DNA of 64,000 bases from a virus (IMGVR_UViG_3300028591_000095:1-64000), one strand, 5' to 3'; numbered from the stretch's first letter, positions 16,641-27,799 are shown. Notes: generated by a model from the sequence alone, not told the origin. Made by a program: numbers and translations.

Positions 16641-18470
16641 TTAACCAAGTAATTTGAAGATATCACGAGTCTTAGAACCAGCAGTGCTAAGTTCTGCAAG
16701 CTGTTTGTTAACGGATGCAAGTGAATGAACTTCATAATCACTATGCTCATCTGGTCTGAGAATCTTAATCGATTCAGCATCTGTATCAATTACAACAAGT
16801 GATATCAGGAAAAGTTCCTTACAGAACTTCGTAGCTGTTGATCCCTTCAAGAGGTCAATCTTTGTTTTAGCCTTGATGTTTGATACATCAGATGCAGAGA
16901 TGATAAGTGATGCATTAGGAATAACACCATAGTTGAAACTCTGATCAACCTGAGATTTTACAACACTCCATGCAATACTCTTACCTTTGAGAACTGCCTG
17001 TGATGGAGCATCACCAGCTGTATGAGCGAGTTCATATAAACGACGATACCATTTACGTTTAGGATCACGACTGTCAACAGCTGTCTGTTTCTTCTGCTTG
17101 ATCTTGAATACGATATCACGGAAGAACTTGAGTTCTCCAGCACGCCATTTAACTTTACGACCGATCTTGTCCATTTCCTTGAGAGGATACTGAGCAACTT
17201 CAGGAAGTATATCAGCGTCAATAACACGGTTGAAAGTTTTAACACCGATAACATAATTGACTGGACGTGATATCTGACCATCTTCAGCACGAACATTGAA
17301 TGATACGTTCATCATGAGCGGTTTCATAGTATTGAGTTTCTTGAGTTTAGTTTCATCAAGAAGCTCGGGTTGTTTTATAGCATACTTGAAGTTGAGATCA
17401 CGTTCCCAATCTTCTTTACGTTCTTTCTCATGCTGTTTTTGATCGTGACGATCTTTTACGATCTGATGTCGCAGCTGTTTTCTTTTGAGATCTTCATCAG
17501 CCTTGTCATGACGTTCAGATTCTTTTTCAGTTGCTTTATTATGACGCATCGACTCAGCTGCTTTATTTCTTTCGAGATTATACTCTTTTTCAGTTTGATT
17601 AAGCTGTTCCTCTAAACGACGCAATCTTTCTCTCTCAGCTTTTAAAGCCCTACCTTCAGTTCTTAGTTGGTTAAGTCTTCTCTCATGTTCAGCACGTCTC
17701 TGTGCATCACGATTTTGTTCTCGTATCTGTTGACGAAGTTGTTGTTCTCGTTGCTGAATCTCATTTTCACGGTCATCGACTCTGTCTTGAGCTTCATGAA
17801 GTCTTCTCCAAGAGGCACCAAGTAACTGTTGTTGATGTTGAATATCATCTCTTGAATTATGAATTTGCTGTATTTGATCTTCTATCTGGTTGGCAGCGTC
17901 GCGAGCATATCGTTCATTATTATATGAAGAATCCTGTGCTTCCTGGAAGAAATGATCGAACTCAGACAGAGGACGTTTGTTATACTGCTCAAGAATAACT
18001 CTACCGTCAGCATCTTCAATACTCATCATATTGAACTCAAGAACAGAACCGTCTTCTGTAGTGATTTCATTATGAACAGCATCATGTGCATAATCCATGT
18101 CAGTGTATTCAACGTATCTGTTTACTGAGGATTGATACTGAGCAAACGGTGTACCATTAGCAACAAGTGTATGATCAACAACAGGATTGAGACTCAATGC
18201 AACCTGTACATATGATGCATAGATCTGTTCGAGTAATGATGATGTTGCAGTTGCATAATCCAGCTGAACAGATGATGAGATAAATACAGGGAATTCAAAA
18301 AGATTTCCCTTTGATGCGGCTATGATTGAATTACTTTTAGAACGGAAAGGTTTGGTAGCATCATAAACAGGTTTTATTGTATCATAACCTTGTTTGCCGA
18401 CACGTTTACCAGTATCGATAGCTTGGTTAGCTTTATCTCGAACTTTTCCAACAGTGTCTCTAATAGCCAT
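16641..18470 (-). CDS. Probable head/virion protein with central Q/E/R-rich coiled coil
   Basis: 609 aa; FFQEA motif followed by a roughly 190-aa coiled coil containing ESMRHNKATE and ESERHDKADE. Confidence 0.55.
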   Translation of the reverse strand: MAIRDTVGKVRDKANQAIDTGKRVGKQGYDTIKPVYDATKPFRSKSNSIIAASKGNLFEFPVFISSSVQLDYATATSSLLEQIYASYVQVALSLNPVVDHTLVANGTPFAQYQSSVNRYVEYTDMDYAHDAVHNEITTEDGSVLEFNMMSIEDADGRVILEQYNKRPLSEFDHFFQEAQDSSYNNERYARDAANQIEDQIQQIHNSRDDIQHQQQLLGASWRRLHEAQDRVDDRENEIQQREQQLRQQIREQNRDAQRRAEHERRLNQLRTEGRALKAERERLRRLEEQLNQTEKEYNLERNKAAESMRHNKATEKESERHDKADEDLKRKQLRHQIVKDRHDQKQHEKERKEDWERDLNFKYAIKQPELLDETKLKKLNTMKPLMMNVSFNVRAEDGQISRPVNYVIGVKTFNRVIDADILPEVAQYPLKEMDKIGRKVKWRAGELKFFRDIVFKIKQKKQTAVDSRDPKRKWYRRLYELAHTAGDAPSQAVLKGKSIAWSVVKSQVDQSFNYGVIPNASLIISASDVSNIKAKTKIDLLKGSTATKFCKELFLISLVVIDTDAESIKILRPDEHSDYEVHSLASVNKQLAELSTAGSKTRDIFKLLG

Positions 18471-18500
18471 TTAAATCACTCCTTTAAAAATATTAAATTT

Positions 18501-18521
18501 ATGGGGAGATAAACTCCCCAT
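18501..18521. terminator. Intergenic hairpin
   Basis: ATGGGGAG-ATAAA-CTCCCCAT. Confidence 0.55.
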
Positions 18522-19075
18522 CATTCAAGACGCATTACTTTTAATAATGCTTTAGGTACTTTATCCATATATTCAATGGTAACTTCGTAACGTGGATTGG
18601 TTGAATAATATTTGTTTGTGTGAGATTCCACAATCAATCTATCATCTTCGAGGATACCAATCTTACCACGTTTCTCATTATGTGTCATCATATCGAATAC
18701 GGCTTTGTCAAAGTTATCAACATCGCCAATATTTCCCCAAGGTCTTATATATCCGTGTTCAGCGAGGAACTTCTGACTCTTCGTCATACTGGATGGAATT
18801 GGCATATAAATGTCAACCTTGATTCGACACGGAGTTTTGATGTACAGTCCATTGAGTTTAGGACGAACTACATCATTGAAGAATTTAGCATTCTTCGCAG
18901 CTCCGGGTACATAGAATCTGTACCCGGATAAACGAGGACGATGTGATGGAACTGGTACTGTTGGTATGGTAAATGAAACTGATTTCCACTTGACCTTTTT
19001 GTATACTGCAATGAAACTCATCACAGTGTTTTTCACAGCACCTGAAAGTTCTCCGAGATCAGCAATTATACTCAT
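18521..19075 (-). CDS. rusA: RusA-family Holliday junction resolvase
   Basis: PVPSHRPR, YMPIPSS, RPWGNIGDVDNFDKAVFD, ILEDDRLIVE, KYYSTNPR match the RusA catalytic pattern (D-x-D-N-x-x-K...DD). Confidence 0.88.
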   Translation of the reverse strand: MSIIADLGELSGAVKNTVMSFIAVYKKVKWKSVSFTIPTVPVPSHRPRLSGYRFYVPGAAKNAKFFNDVVRPKLNGLYIKTPCRIKVDIYMPIPSSMTKSQKFLAEHGYIRPWGNIGDVDNFDKAVFDMMTHNEKRGKIGILEDDRLIVESHTNKYYSTNPRYEVTIEYMDKVPKALLKVMRLE

Positions 19076-19084
19076 ACAGTCACC

Positions 19085-20392
19085 TTAGTTAGCATAGATA
19101 CGATAATAAATCAGTATCTCCCAATCTGATTGGATTGGTAATGCATTGAATGTATAGTATGTGATGAGCTTGATACGCTGAGCTTCATCTGTGATTGAAG
19201 CACCTGTTACTGCATATGCAGCTGTATCAGCGTATTCCTTGTATTTATCAGTAGCTGACAGGAATGTTTGATCAGCATTGTAAACATCTTCAACTTTGAT
19301 GTTTGTATCTTTTCTGAGATCAGCCTTTATGGTATCGAGAACAGTAGTTTCATCTTCAACGTTGATACTGATAATATCATCGAGAGTTCCGATGAATTCA
19401 AGTATATGAGACTCTTCAGTTGTTCCAAGTGCTCCGGTGAGAACTGTTTTGATTTCAGATGCAAGATTCTGAATCTTAGTAAGAAGATCAACTGTATATG
19501 TGTTGTTTCCATATATGAGTTTGATCATCTTCTTTATATGTGTATCATATACCTTTTCAACTGTACTGAGTACACCTGGAATTGTATCGAATGCAACAAG
19601 ACCAAGTTCGTTGATCTGTGCTGTTCCATTACCATCATGATCGAAGAAAGCAACACAATCATTCTCATCAAGAGTCAGATGGCATTCAGCATAAGTTTCG
19701 ATACGGTTTGTTCCAGCACCATTAGCAGCACCAGGACCGAGATCACCTTCTGTAACAGGATCTACATAATCCCAACGTTCTCCATCTTTCCACCATGAAT
19801 GGAATATATGTGGAGTATCTTCGAACTTCTTGATGTAGTATGCTTTTACACCACCACTTGATGAAGCGGATGGTCTGTAAACTCCGAGATACTTATTTGC
19901 ATCTGTAGGAGACAATACTTCAGAAGCAGTTGTCTCACGGAACGGGATCGCATTTCTCAGTCTCATGAATGAGTAGTTTGTGTTCTTAGCTGTGATAGCA
20001 TCTTCAGCAGAACCACCATTACCAATCATAAATCCCTGAATGAAGTGATTAGCAGAGATGTTCTCCGGCATAGCTTCATATGAGTTAGGGTAAACACCTA
20101 TAGACATCTGAGTCTCATTGTTGAGATCAGGAATTATGATTGTAGAGTCCTTACCCATATCTTCTGGGTCAGAACCTTCACCATGATTGGAATCAAGATA
20201 AAGACCAAACATCTTCATCAGAATCCATTGATAACCACTGATGGAAATTACATTGGTACTTTTCTCATGCAGTACAGTTTCACCAGTTGTTTTGTTTTTA
20301 CGATATATGCTGATTTCACCCATCAAACCCGAATGATCATCATTGACATTCATGGAGTCTTCGAATAAAATAGCATCTTCTTTATTCAGCAT
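19085..20392 (-). CDS. Baseplate/tail structural protein
   Basis: GFMIGNGG, IPFR, INELGL and C-terminal IYYRIY resemble the tail-collar/baseplate protein pattern. Confidence 0.55.
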   Translation of the reverse strand: MLNKEDAILFEDSMNVNDDHSGLMGEISIYRKNKTTGETVLHEKSTNVISISGYQWILMKMFGLYLDSNHGEGSDPEDMGKDSTIIIPDLNNETQMSIGVYPNSYEAMPENISANHFIQGFMIGNGGSAEDAITAKNTNYSFMRLRNAIPFRETTASEVLSPTDANKYLGVYRPSASSSGGVKAYYIKKFEDTPHIFHSWWKDGERWDYVDPVTEGDLGPGAANGAGTNRIETYAECHLTLDENDCVAFFDHDGNGTAQINELGLVAFDTIPGVLSTVEKVYDTHIKKMIKLIYGNNTYTVDLLTKIQNLASEIKTVLTGALGTTEESHILEFIGTLDDIISINVEDETTVLDTIKADLRKDTNIKVEDVYNADQTFLSATDKYKEYADTAAYAVTGASITDEAQRIKLITYYTFNALPIQSDWEILIYYRIYAN

Positions 20393-20409
20393 TTATATTA
20401 CCTCCTTCA

Positions 20410-23400
20410 TTAGTTTATCTCAGCTCCAGTAAATGCGACCCACTTACCCCATCCAGTTCCATTACTAAATCTCATGTAGAATTGAGTTAGATGATTGTAT
20501 GAATATAGACGTTGCATGTATATTGTACCGAACATTTTAACTTGTTCAACTCTGAATGCACCTACATCATTTGTTACATTTGGACGGTTAACGATTGAAT
20601 TACCTATGTCATATGTCGGAGCACAATATGCACCAGCTGACAAGTTATTCAAATCATATCCAGCACTGAGAGGAATGACGTTAGTTGTACCCTCGTTATC
20701 AAGTGTCAATGCACCGTCTTCAGTGAATGTAAGTCCTGGACCTATGTTAATAGCTAAACCACCAGAGTCTGAAACTTCAACGTTTCCAACTGTATCACTT
20801 GACATTGCTTTTGCGATGTAAGTGTTTTTCAGTCCTCTCGATGTATCAATAGGTGAACGGAGTACACCATCTTTATCGAATATAAGTGAATCATCAGGCA
20901 TACCAGTCTGAATAGAACGATATACAGTATTAGGACCACCCAGGTCATCAGCTTTGATTCTTATCTTCAAAGCGTGTGGAGCCGATGAGTTCATTGTGAA
21001 TCCAAGACCATATTTAGTATCAACATACGCACACAATCCATGTTTAATTCCTGTTGGTGATGAATCTTGTAACAGGTTGACTACCTTGTGATAGTTACTG
21101 AAGATATCAATATCATGATATGTGACTGGTGATATATTGACTGCAACCTTAGTATCTTTGATGACTATTGTATTTGAATCAACATTTACATGAACAGCTT
21201 TATCATATGGATCTGATGGACTTATTGTACGAACAACCAATCCACTATCTTGACAGAGCTTCAACTGAAGACGATTGTCGTCATTGACAAAGATACTATC
21301 ATCATCTGTACGAACACATACTTTGCCGCATTCATCAAACCATGATGTTCCATATTCATCATATGAACGGATGTCAAGTCCTTTACCAACATTCACCATC
21401 AATCCACCGGATGTAGCAAATGATTCAAGTTTTGCATCGTATGTTGGACCACCGTTAAAGTTTAAGTATGAGTCAGTTGTTTTACCAACCAATGATTTAG
21501 AAAGAGGTGTGTATTTGTCAACAACTCTGAGACCAGACATATTATAGAAATGATACTGTCTCATGTATTGATCAACTTCATCAACAGTACGTCCTGTACG
21601 GTTCTTCTGTTCAACAACTTTAAACAGATTGACTCCGACATATGAAGGAGTTTCATGTTCATATCGTGGGAATACGTATGGTGTTGATGCAGCCCAGTTG
21701 TCTGCAAGTGCTGAAGTTTTCAGTGGTATTGTATCACCATCGCCTTTACGAGTATAACCACCACAGATTTCATGTGGTTGCAAACATAAAGACATATCAG
21801 TCATTATTGTAAGACCACCACTAGACATCTGAGAGTTACTCATTACTTCAGTTACACCAGATGGAAGAACTGCTGTTCGTTTGAATCTTGATGGTTCGAC
21901 AATTGTATTTCCTACAGTATCATCTATAAGCTTACAACTCTCACCATCGTAACGGTATGTACCCCAGTCTTCTGCAATTGACAAACCTGAGACATCAAGT
22001 GATTCTTTGTATAAACCGAATTGATTGAAGTGACCTTTTCTTGTACGAACATCGATACATTGTGATGGCTGACCACTATGAAGTGTTTCATATGTACTGA
22101 ATTTAAGACTGTTACCAAGTAATGGTCTGACAGAATTTAATTCAATTCTGTATTGTTCATCGTCTAATCTTGTAGGTGCGTTGGTAACTCTACCAATACA
22201 CATACCACGCATTGTCAATTCGAAATCAACACCATCTGGACAAACGTATTGCGCTGGGATGAAACAATCATCGGTGATGTGTATTATCAAATCTTTAGCA
22301 CATGAACCGTTTAGAATCTGATAATCAGCATCACCATGATATTCAACACCATCGATTGTCATAGTGGTTTCAATATCCTCAATAGTTTCTGAGAATGAAC
22401 CTGCATCTCTTGGATCAAGGAAACGATATATAGGTTTAACTTTATATTCTCCAGAATGAAGAGTTGGGTCAAAACCACTTCCGGAATAAATAGTCTTGAA
22501 GTAAAGCAGATTTACAGATGCAACAGGACCTTCATACAAACCATCCTTGATACTGGTTACAGTAAACTTAGCATCTATCATTTTTACATCGTTTTTAACA
22601 CTGACAACATCACCGACACGATATCCGGTACCCAGTGTGTTTTCATCAGATAAATCAATATAGATCTTGGAAGCATCGAGTGTTGTATAGTGTGTACTTT
22701 GGAATCCACGATAATCATCGAAGTTACAAACGATGATATCATTCTTGTGAATGTTTCGGAAGTCCTTAAGATAGAATTGACCAAGGTCTTTACCATCAAT
22801 TGTGATTCTACAGTTTGGATAGTCGACACCATGTTCATCACTACCAACTGGAGATATCAAACCTCCATCGAATTCACCTTCATGGTCTGGATCCGGTGTA
22901 CCATATGCTCCATCATAGAAATGAAGCGTTCCACCAATACTATTCGGATCAAGTGCAAGACCTTTCTGTTCATCAGTACCATCTTTATTTACATACAGAA
23001 TCTTTTCATCAGATGATATCTTAACACGAAGCTCACCTGCTTTGAGTCCTGATGTGTTGTTATTACCGGTACGAGTCTCATACTGTAATGATTCATCTGT
23101 ACAACCGATACCGTTGATTGGTTTCATTACAGGTCTTAGTATGTGATTCTCTGGATCAAGAACAATACATCCAATGTATGGTCGAGTATCAGATACATCA
23201 TCATGACGTTCAACATAGAATGGACGATACAAATCATTCAGGTCTTGGTTCTGGAGATGTTGTTCAAGATCGTAATTTGTATCAAACAAAAGAATTTGTT
23301 TGTAACCAAACTGTTTACTGAGTTCATCGATAACCCAACTCTTTATATCATTGAATGATACATTGTCAACGTTTTCCAGACCAACATCAGATGCATCGAT

Positions 23401-23610
23401 TACAACAATACCGCTTTTACCGTTGACACTGTTTACAACTCTGGCGACTTTGTTATTTATTGCTGCCCAGATACGTTCAATGGTTTCAGATAACGATGTA
23501 CCAGTTTGATCATCATTGACTGAATCGGTATTCGTGTTAGGAAAAATATCAGTTGATTCAACTTGATCACCTACCAAGGTTTCTCGTGAGAGCTGCACTT
23601 TATCATCCAT
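20410..23610 (-). CDS. Long tail fibre with C-terminal pyocin-knob-like domain
   Basis: VNSVNGKSGIVVIDASDVGLENVDN fibre motif; repeated GxGL segments; C-terminal DLNNL...QRL...YMR...WGKW. Start moved to ATG 23610 behind AAGGAG. Confidence 0.7.
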   Translation of the reverse strand: MDDKVQLSRETLVGDQVESTDIFPNTNTDSVNDDQTGTSLSETIERIWAAINNKVARVVNSVNGKSGIVVIDASDVGLENVDNVSFNDIKSWVIDELSKQFGYKQILLFDTNYDLEQHLQNQDLNDLYRPFYVERHDDVSDTRPYIGCIVLDPENHILRPVMKPINGIGCTDESLQYETRTGNNNTSGLKAGELRVKISSDEKILYVNKDGTDEQKGLALDPNSIGGTLHFYDGAYGTPDPDHEGEFDGGLISPVGSDEHGVDYPNCRITIDGKDLGQFYLKDFRNIHKNDIIVCNFDDYRGFQSTHYTTLDASKIYIDLSDENTLGTGYRVGDVVSVKNDVKMIDAKFTVTSIKDGLYEGPVASVNLLYFKTIYSGSGFDPTLHSGEYKVKPIYRFLDPRDAGSFSETIEDIETTMTIDGVEYHGDADYQILNGSCAKDLIIHITDDCFIPAQYVCPDGVDFELTMRGMCIGRVTNAPTRLDDEQYRIELNSVRPLLGNSLKFSTYETLHSGQPSQCIDVRTRKGHFNQFGLYKESLDVSGLSIAEDWGTYRYDGESCKLIDDTVGNTIVEPSRFKRTAVLPSGVTEVMSNSQMSSGGLTIMTDMSLCLQPHEICGGYTRKGDGDTIPLKTSALADNWAASTPYVFPRYEHETPSYVGVNLFKVVEQKNRTGRTVDEVDQYMRQYHFYNMSGLRVVDKYTPLSKSLVGKTTDSYLNFNGGPTYDAKLESFATSGGLMVNVGKGLDIRSYDEYGTSWFDECGKVCVRTDDDSIFVNDDNRLQLKLCQDSGLVVRTISPSDPYDKAVHVNVDSNTIVIKDTKVAVNISPVTYHDIDIFSNYHKVVNLLQDSSPTGIKHGLCAYVDTKYGLGFTMNSSAPHALKIRIKADDLGGPNTVYRSIQTGMPDDSLIFDKDGVLRSPIDTSRGLKNTYIAKAMSSDTVGNVEVSDSGGLAINIGPGLTFTEDGALTLDNEGTTNVIPLSAGYDLNNLSAGAYCAPTYDIGNSIVNRPNVTNDVGAFRVEQVKMFGTIYMQRLYSYNHLTQFYMRFSNGTGWGKWVAFTGAEIN

Positions 23611-23648
23611 ATTATCAACTCCTTTTATATTGTTATATACAGGCGAGA

Positions 23649-23661
23649 AACGCTGAGGTAA
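23649..23661 (+). promoter_or_regulatory. Putative late promoter AACG-N6-TAA
   Basis: AACG CTGAGG TAAT upstream of the 23728 gene. Confidence 0.55.
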
Positions 23662-23678
23662 TGCGCGTTCGCCGAGTA

Positions 23679-23691
23679 TTACCACTTGGTT
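23679..23691 (-). promoter_or_regulatory. Putative late promoter AACC-N6-TAA
   Basis: Minus strand AACC AAGTGG TAAT upstream of the 23610 gene. Confidence 0.55.
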
Positions 23692-23727
23692 GACGGTATA
23701 TATTTAATAAGAAAGCGAGTGATTTAG

Positions 23728-26700
23728 ATGGCAGACGAAGTTGTACTGAATAACTATTCGGATGATTCTCAAATAAAAACATATATCAATTCTGAACTGA
23801 TGCCACGAGTATTCAAGAATATTCCATTGAATTTATTGAATGTCGGTGAGATTGGTATCATCAATGAATACTTATCTCAAGCATTAGAAAACCAAGCATT
23901 CACTTCATCATTCTACTTCAATGAGAGTTTCATCACCAAAGCTGTATTGCCAAGTTCTATATTTGCGGAAGCTGCAATATTCAATCTTGGATATTCATTT
24001 GCAACACCATCATCATGTAACATATTATTGGAACTGAGTCTCGATGATATTTACAGAAATGCAGAATTCAATTCGACATCTGGATTGTATGAATTCATTC
24101 TCGATAAAAATACTGTAATCAATCTTAAGGATAATGGTAATACTTATTCTTTGGATTATGATATTCTGATTCAGTATCGTAATGTCGAAACATCAAATGA
24201 CAAAGCATCGATACCTGCATGGAACTGTCAATACACAAATATGGATGAATTGAATGTGTGTGCTACGAACAAAGATCGATACATCACATACAGAGTTACA
24301 TCCAAATGGTTGTGTTTATTCCTTAATGTAAATGAATACGTTCGTGAGAAACATGTTGTTGTTAATAACTCATCATTGGGTATTGCAAACACCGATACTG
24401 TTATCTCATGCACAAATCATATCTGTGGATTTGATGTTAAGTTCATAGATGCTGATGGTACTGAGCAATGGATTCCACATGATCATCTGTTACCAATGCA
24501 TGCAAATGTAAATGATCAGAATCCATATCTCCATTATATTATGGACAATCCTCAGACTATCAGATTCATGTTCCAGCTCGACGGTAGTAAATACTTCACT
24601 CCAAGTATCGGTTCACAGTACGAGATTTACATTTATACATGTCATGGCGAACCTGCTAACTTCACAGCATGGGATAATGAAGAATCTCAACCATCCGTAA
24701 TTGCAACGACTTCAAGATATTCTAATAATGGTAACGTATTGAAAGCTTGTTTCGTATTGGCTGGTGGTAGTCTTGGTGGTACAAATATTGGAACCGTTGA
24801 AACCACAAGACGTGAAACTATTCAAGCATATAATACAGCTCATGTATTATCAACCGATCATGATATAGATGAATGGTTTAAAACATTCTACTTCAAGAAT
24901 GTACTGTATCCATATTTCTTCAAACGCCGTGATGATCCATGGGGTCGTATCTGGAGTGGATATCTCGCACTCAAAGATGATGATGATTATGTTTACAGAA
25001 CCAATACACTTCATGCTCGTATTCCATATGAGATTCTGTATAAGAACAATGACAACACCGTTAGTTCAAATGAGATAATCATCCCACCTGGTTGGTTATG
25101 GGTATACAATGATCGTAGTGATCGTATGACAGTAATACCTGTAACAAAAACTAAGTCTAAGAAGGTTGAACATGCTAACACTAAAACATCAGTTGCGGAG
25201 AAATTCGTATTTGCAAATCCATTTGGAATCCGTATCCAGAAAGATCCATTTGCAGTAGGATATTTCAACCCATGGATTAATCAGTATCTCACAACAACCA
25301 ATACTGGATATGTTAATGAGAATCCAGTTGAGAAAACTGACAAAGTATTGCTTTATCACGCATCTGCTGTATTCAGTGATATCAAACGTGTATACAAATC
25401 TGACTATTATAACTTCGAAACTTACATTCTTCCTACAATCGATCAGTGGGGCACTGCTAATACCAGAATGGTTCAGTATCTCAGAGGTGGTTTGATGGAA
25501 CCTCTGTTCAATGAAGCTATTTGGGATTACTTCAATGAACCAAAGGACAAGTTCGCTCAGCATATTCCAGTATATGCAAGAAACGAAGATGAAGACGGTT
25601 ACTTGCCTTATGATAAAACCAAAACATATTTCTGTGTTCAACGTAAGGAACAATATACCGATAGTAAGAAATGGAAGTTGTATAATATCTGGATAGAGGA
25701 TACGTCAAACCTGTCAGAGACAAAGCAGACATATTTAACAATCACCGGTAATATCGATGGTGTTGAAGGTTCTGATGAAATCTGGGGTAATGATGGTATT
25801 TGTAAAGACTATGCAGTATATTCAACTGGTGTTACAGATATCAGCATCTATCCAACAGAAGTTCTTGATAAGGGGCTCACATTTGGCAGAGTTCAATATC
25901 AGAATTATTACAGATTGACTTTGGCTGATAATGCTACGTATGGTTTGATCGATGAGATCTATGTTACATCAGCAACACTTACAAATGAAACTGGATATGG
26001 TGAAAACAGATTATATCGTATCGGAAACAAATATGATGATGATGTTAATCTCAATATTCATTTCCATGATGGTTCAACTCAGACAGTTACTATCAGAAAC
26101 GCTGCTGTTGTATATACACCATATACATGTCAATATGATGATACTAGCAAACTCTATCGTATCGATATGCGTAATGTCGATGCTAATGATGTTGTGATAT
26201 ATGCAGAAATGCGTCCATCTGCTGATAGTGGTTCTGTTGAATATTACCGTATACCATTCTCAGAAATCGGTGACAATGTTCCATTCTTCGATGTTGCTAA
26301 CAGCCAACTTCCAACAGATAAGAATAACATGAGAGTTGTACTTACAGCATACATGAATGGTACTGCTGTTGGATATATTGAAATGCAACCTGTATCAAAA
26401 GAAGAAGATGGAAGTTACAAGTTCGATGCTAAGATGTATCCGTTGAACGAATTGATTGATATCGATGATCGTATACGTATTGCATCAACTGTAATCGGTG
26501 GAGGTTCATGGATACCACTTAATGGTGCATCTGCTATAACACTGGATGCATCAAATCCTGATCTTAGAATCTCGATTCTCATGCGTGCTGAAACCGCGGA
26601 TTATGGTACTGAAGTTCAAAACGATCCTAATTTCGAACAGTTCAGAATTGTTGATGAATACAAAGTTGATTCATTCGAACTCGTTCAAGAGTTAAAGGAA

Positions 26701-27765
26701 ATGCGTTCAGTTGTTGACTTCTCTGAAGGAAGTATTCCAACGGAAGAACAGGTAAACAATTACAATGATTTCCTTGGATTATATGATCCTATGTCAGCAT
26801 CAAATGATATCTACACGATATACAAATATGCTGATACCAGACATAGAGGTTCTGGTATCTTAATCCCATACGATGAAATCATTTCTTGTGCATTAAAGAT
26901 GTACCAATTGTACACTTCTTACGAGGTTACATATGAGGACATCATTAGTCCTACAATACCTGAAGAGCTTACTGTGATTGGAAATATTCTTAAATCTATC
27001 AGTGAAGATACAACTCAAGGTGATAAACTCGACTGGGCTTACATCGCTTATAATCTTCAGAACTATCCAGAGTATATCAATGAAGCATTTGACAATACAA
27101 GTGTCAATAACGGAGTAACAATTCAACTCATGCCATTCGTTGAAAGTAAACTGATGATGAATGATAGATTCGAAAACTTTGTTGGTGCATTTGTAAATGT
27201 TCATAAATCTATCGAACCTGTAATCTTCAGCAGACTTGATGGAAACCACTATCTTGATTGCAAACTCATTGCAACATACGGATTACCACATACATTCTGT
27301 ACTGATACCGAGAAGCTGAAGGATCCTGTACAAACAAACTTCTGGCCTAACCTGTCAATCCAGATATCATTCGATGTAAGATTTGTCAATCCATCATTGG
27401 CAACAAATACAACGGATGAACTGAAGACAATCGTCAAATCATACTTCAATAAACTTACAACATTACACTCTCCATCCGATAGAGTTGATATGAATAACAA
27501 TATCTACATATCTAGACTCATAAGAGAAATGAGTATTCATGATAATGTAGAATACTTGAAGTTCAATGGATTCTATACAGATGACAAAAGTAATCCAAAG
27601 GGTGACTATATGGATGCTAACGTACAGGCAATTGTCCAGCGTTGGGATACATTAGAAGACTTCCCGAAGTATAGCAGTAATGGACAAATGATTTCTGAAT
27701 TGGAGAACTTTGTTCCAGAGATGTTTATACTTGAAGATGATAACATTGTAATCAATAGCATATAA
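23728..27765 (+). CDS. Large baseplate wedge-like structural protein
   Basis: 1345 aa; NESFITKAVLPSSI, YTCHGEPANF, SLGG...ET, STDHDI, KRRDD and C-terminal IYISRLI follow a T4 gp6-like / jumbo-phage wedge layout. Confidence 0.6.
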   Translation: MADEVVLNNYSDDSQIKTYINSELMPRVFKNIPLNLLNVGEIGIINEYLSQALENQAFTSSFYFNESFITKAVLPSSIFAEAAIFNLGYSFATPSSCNILLELSLDDIYRNAEFNSTSGLYEFILDKNTVINLKDNGNTYSLDYDILIQYRNVETSNDKASIPAWNCQYTNMDELNVCATNKDRYITYRVTSKWLCLFLNVNEYVREKHVVVNNSSLGIANTDTVISCTNHICGFDVKFIDADGTEQWIPHDHLLPMHANVNDQNPYLHYIMDNPQTIRFMFQLDGSKYFTPSIGSQYEIYIYTCHGEPANFTAWDNEESQPSVIATTSRYSNNGNVLKACFVLAGGSLGGTNIGTVETTRRETIQAYNTAHVLSTDHDIDEWFKTFYFKNVLYPYFFKRRDDPWGRIWSGYLALKDDDDYVYRTNTLHARIPYEILYKNNDNTVSSNEIIIPPGWLWVYNDRSDRMTVIPVTKTKSKKVEHANTKTSVAEKFVFANPFGIRIQKDPFAVGYFNPWINQYLTTTNTGYVNENPVEKTDKVLLYHASAVFSDIKRVYKSDYYNFETYILPTIDQWGTANTRMVQYLRGGLMEPLFNEAIWDYFNEPKDKFAQHIPVYARNEDEDGYLPYDKTKTYFCVQRKEQYTDSKKWKLYNIWIEDTSNLSETKQTYLTITGNIDGVEGSDEIWGNDGICKDYAVYSTGVTDISIYPTEVLDKGLTFGRVQYQNYYRLTLADNATYGLIDEIYVTSATLTNETGYGENRLYRIGNKYDDDVNLNIHFHDGSTQTVTIRNAAVVYTPYTCQYDDTSKLYRIDMRNVDANDVVIYAEMRPSADSGSVEYYRIPFSEIGDNVPFFDVANSQLPTDKNNMRVVLTAYMNGTAVGYIEMQPVSKEEDGSYKFDAKMYPLNELIDIDDRIRIASTVIGGGSWIPLNGASAITLDASNPDLRISILMRAETADYGTEVQNDPNFEQFRIVDEYKVDSFELVQELKEMRSVVDFSEGSIPTEEQVNNYNDFLGLYDPMSASNDIYTIYKYADTRHRGSGILIPYDEIISCALKMYQLYTSYEVTYEDIISPTIPEELTVIGNILKSISEDTTQGDKLDWAYIAYNLQNYPEYINEAFDNTSVNNGVTIQLMPFVESKLMMNDRFENFVGAFVNVHKSIEPVIFSRLDGNHYLDCKLIATYGLPHTFCTDTEKLKDPVQTNFWPNLSIQISFDVRFVNPSLATNTTDELKTIVKSYFNKLTTLHSPSDRVDMNNNIYISRLIREMSIHDNVEYLKFNGFYTDDKSNPKGDYMDANVQAIVQRWDTLEDFPKYSSNGQMISELENFVPEMFILEDDNIVINSI

Positions 27766-27770
27766 TAGTA

Positions 27771-27791
27771 GGAGGGGCTTAAAGCCCCTCC
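27771..27791. terminator. Hairpin between convergent genes
   Basis: GGAGGGGCTT-A-AAGCCCCTCC. Confidence 0.7.
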
Positions 27792-27799
27792 CAATATAT

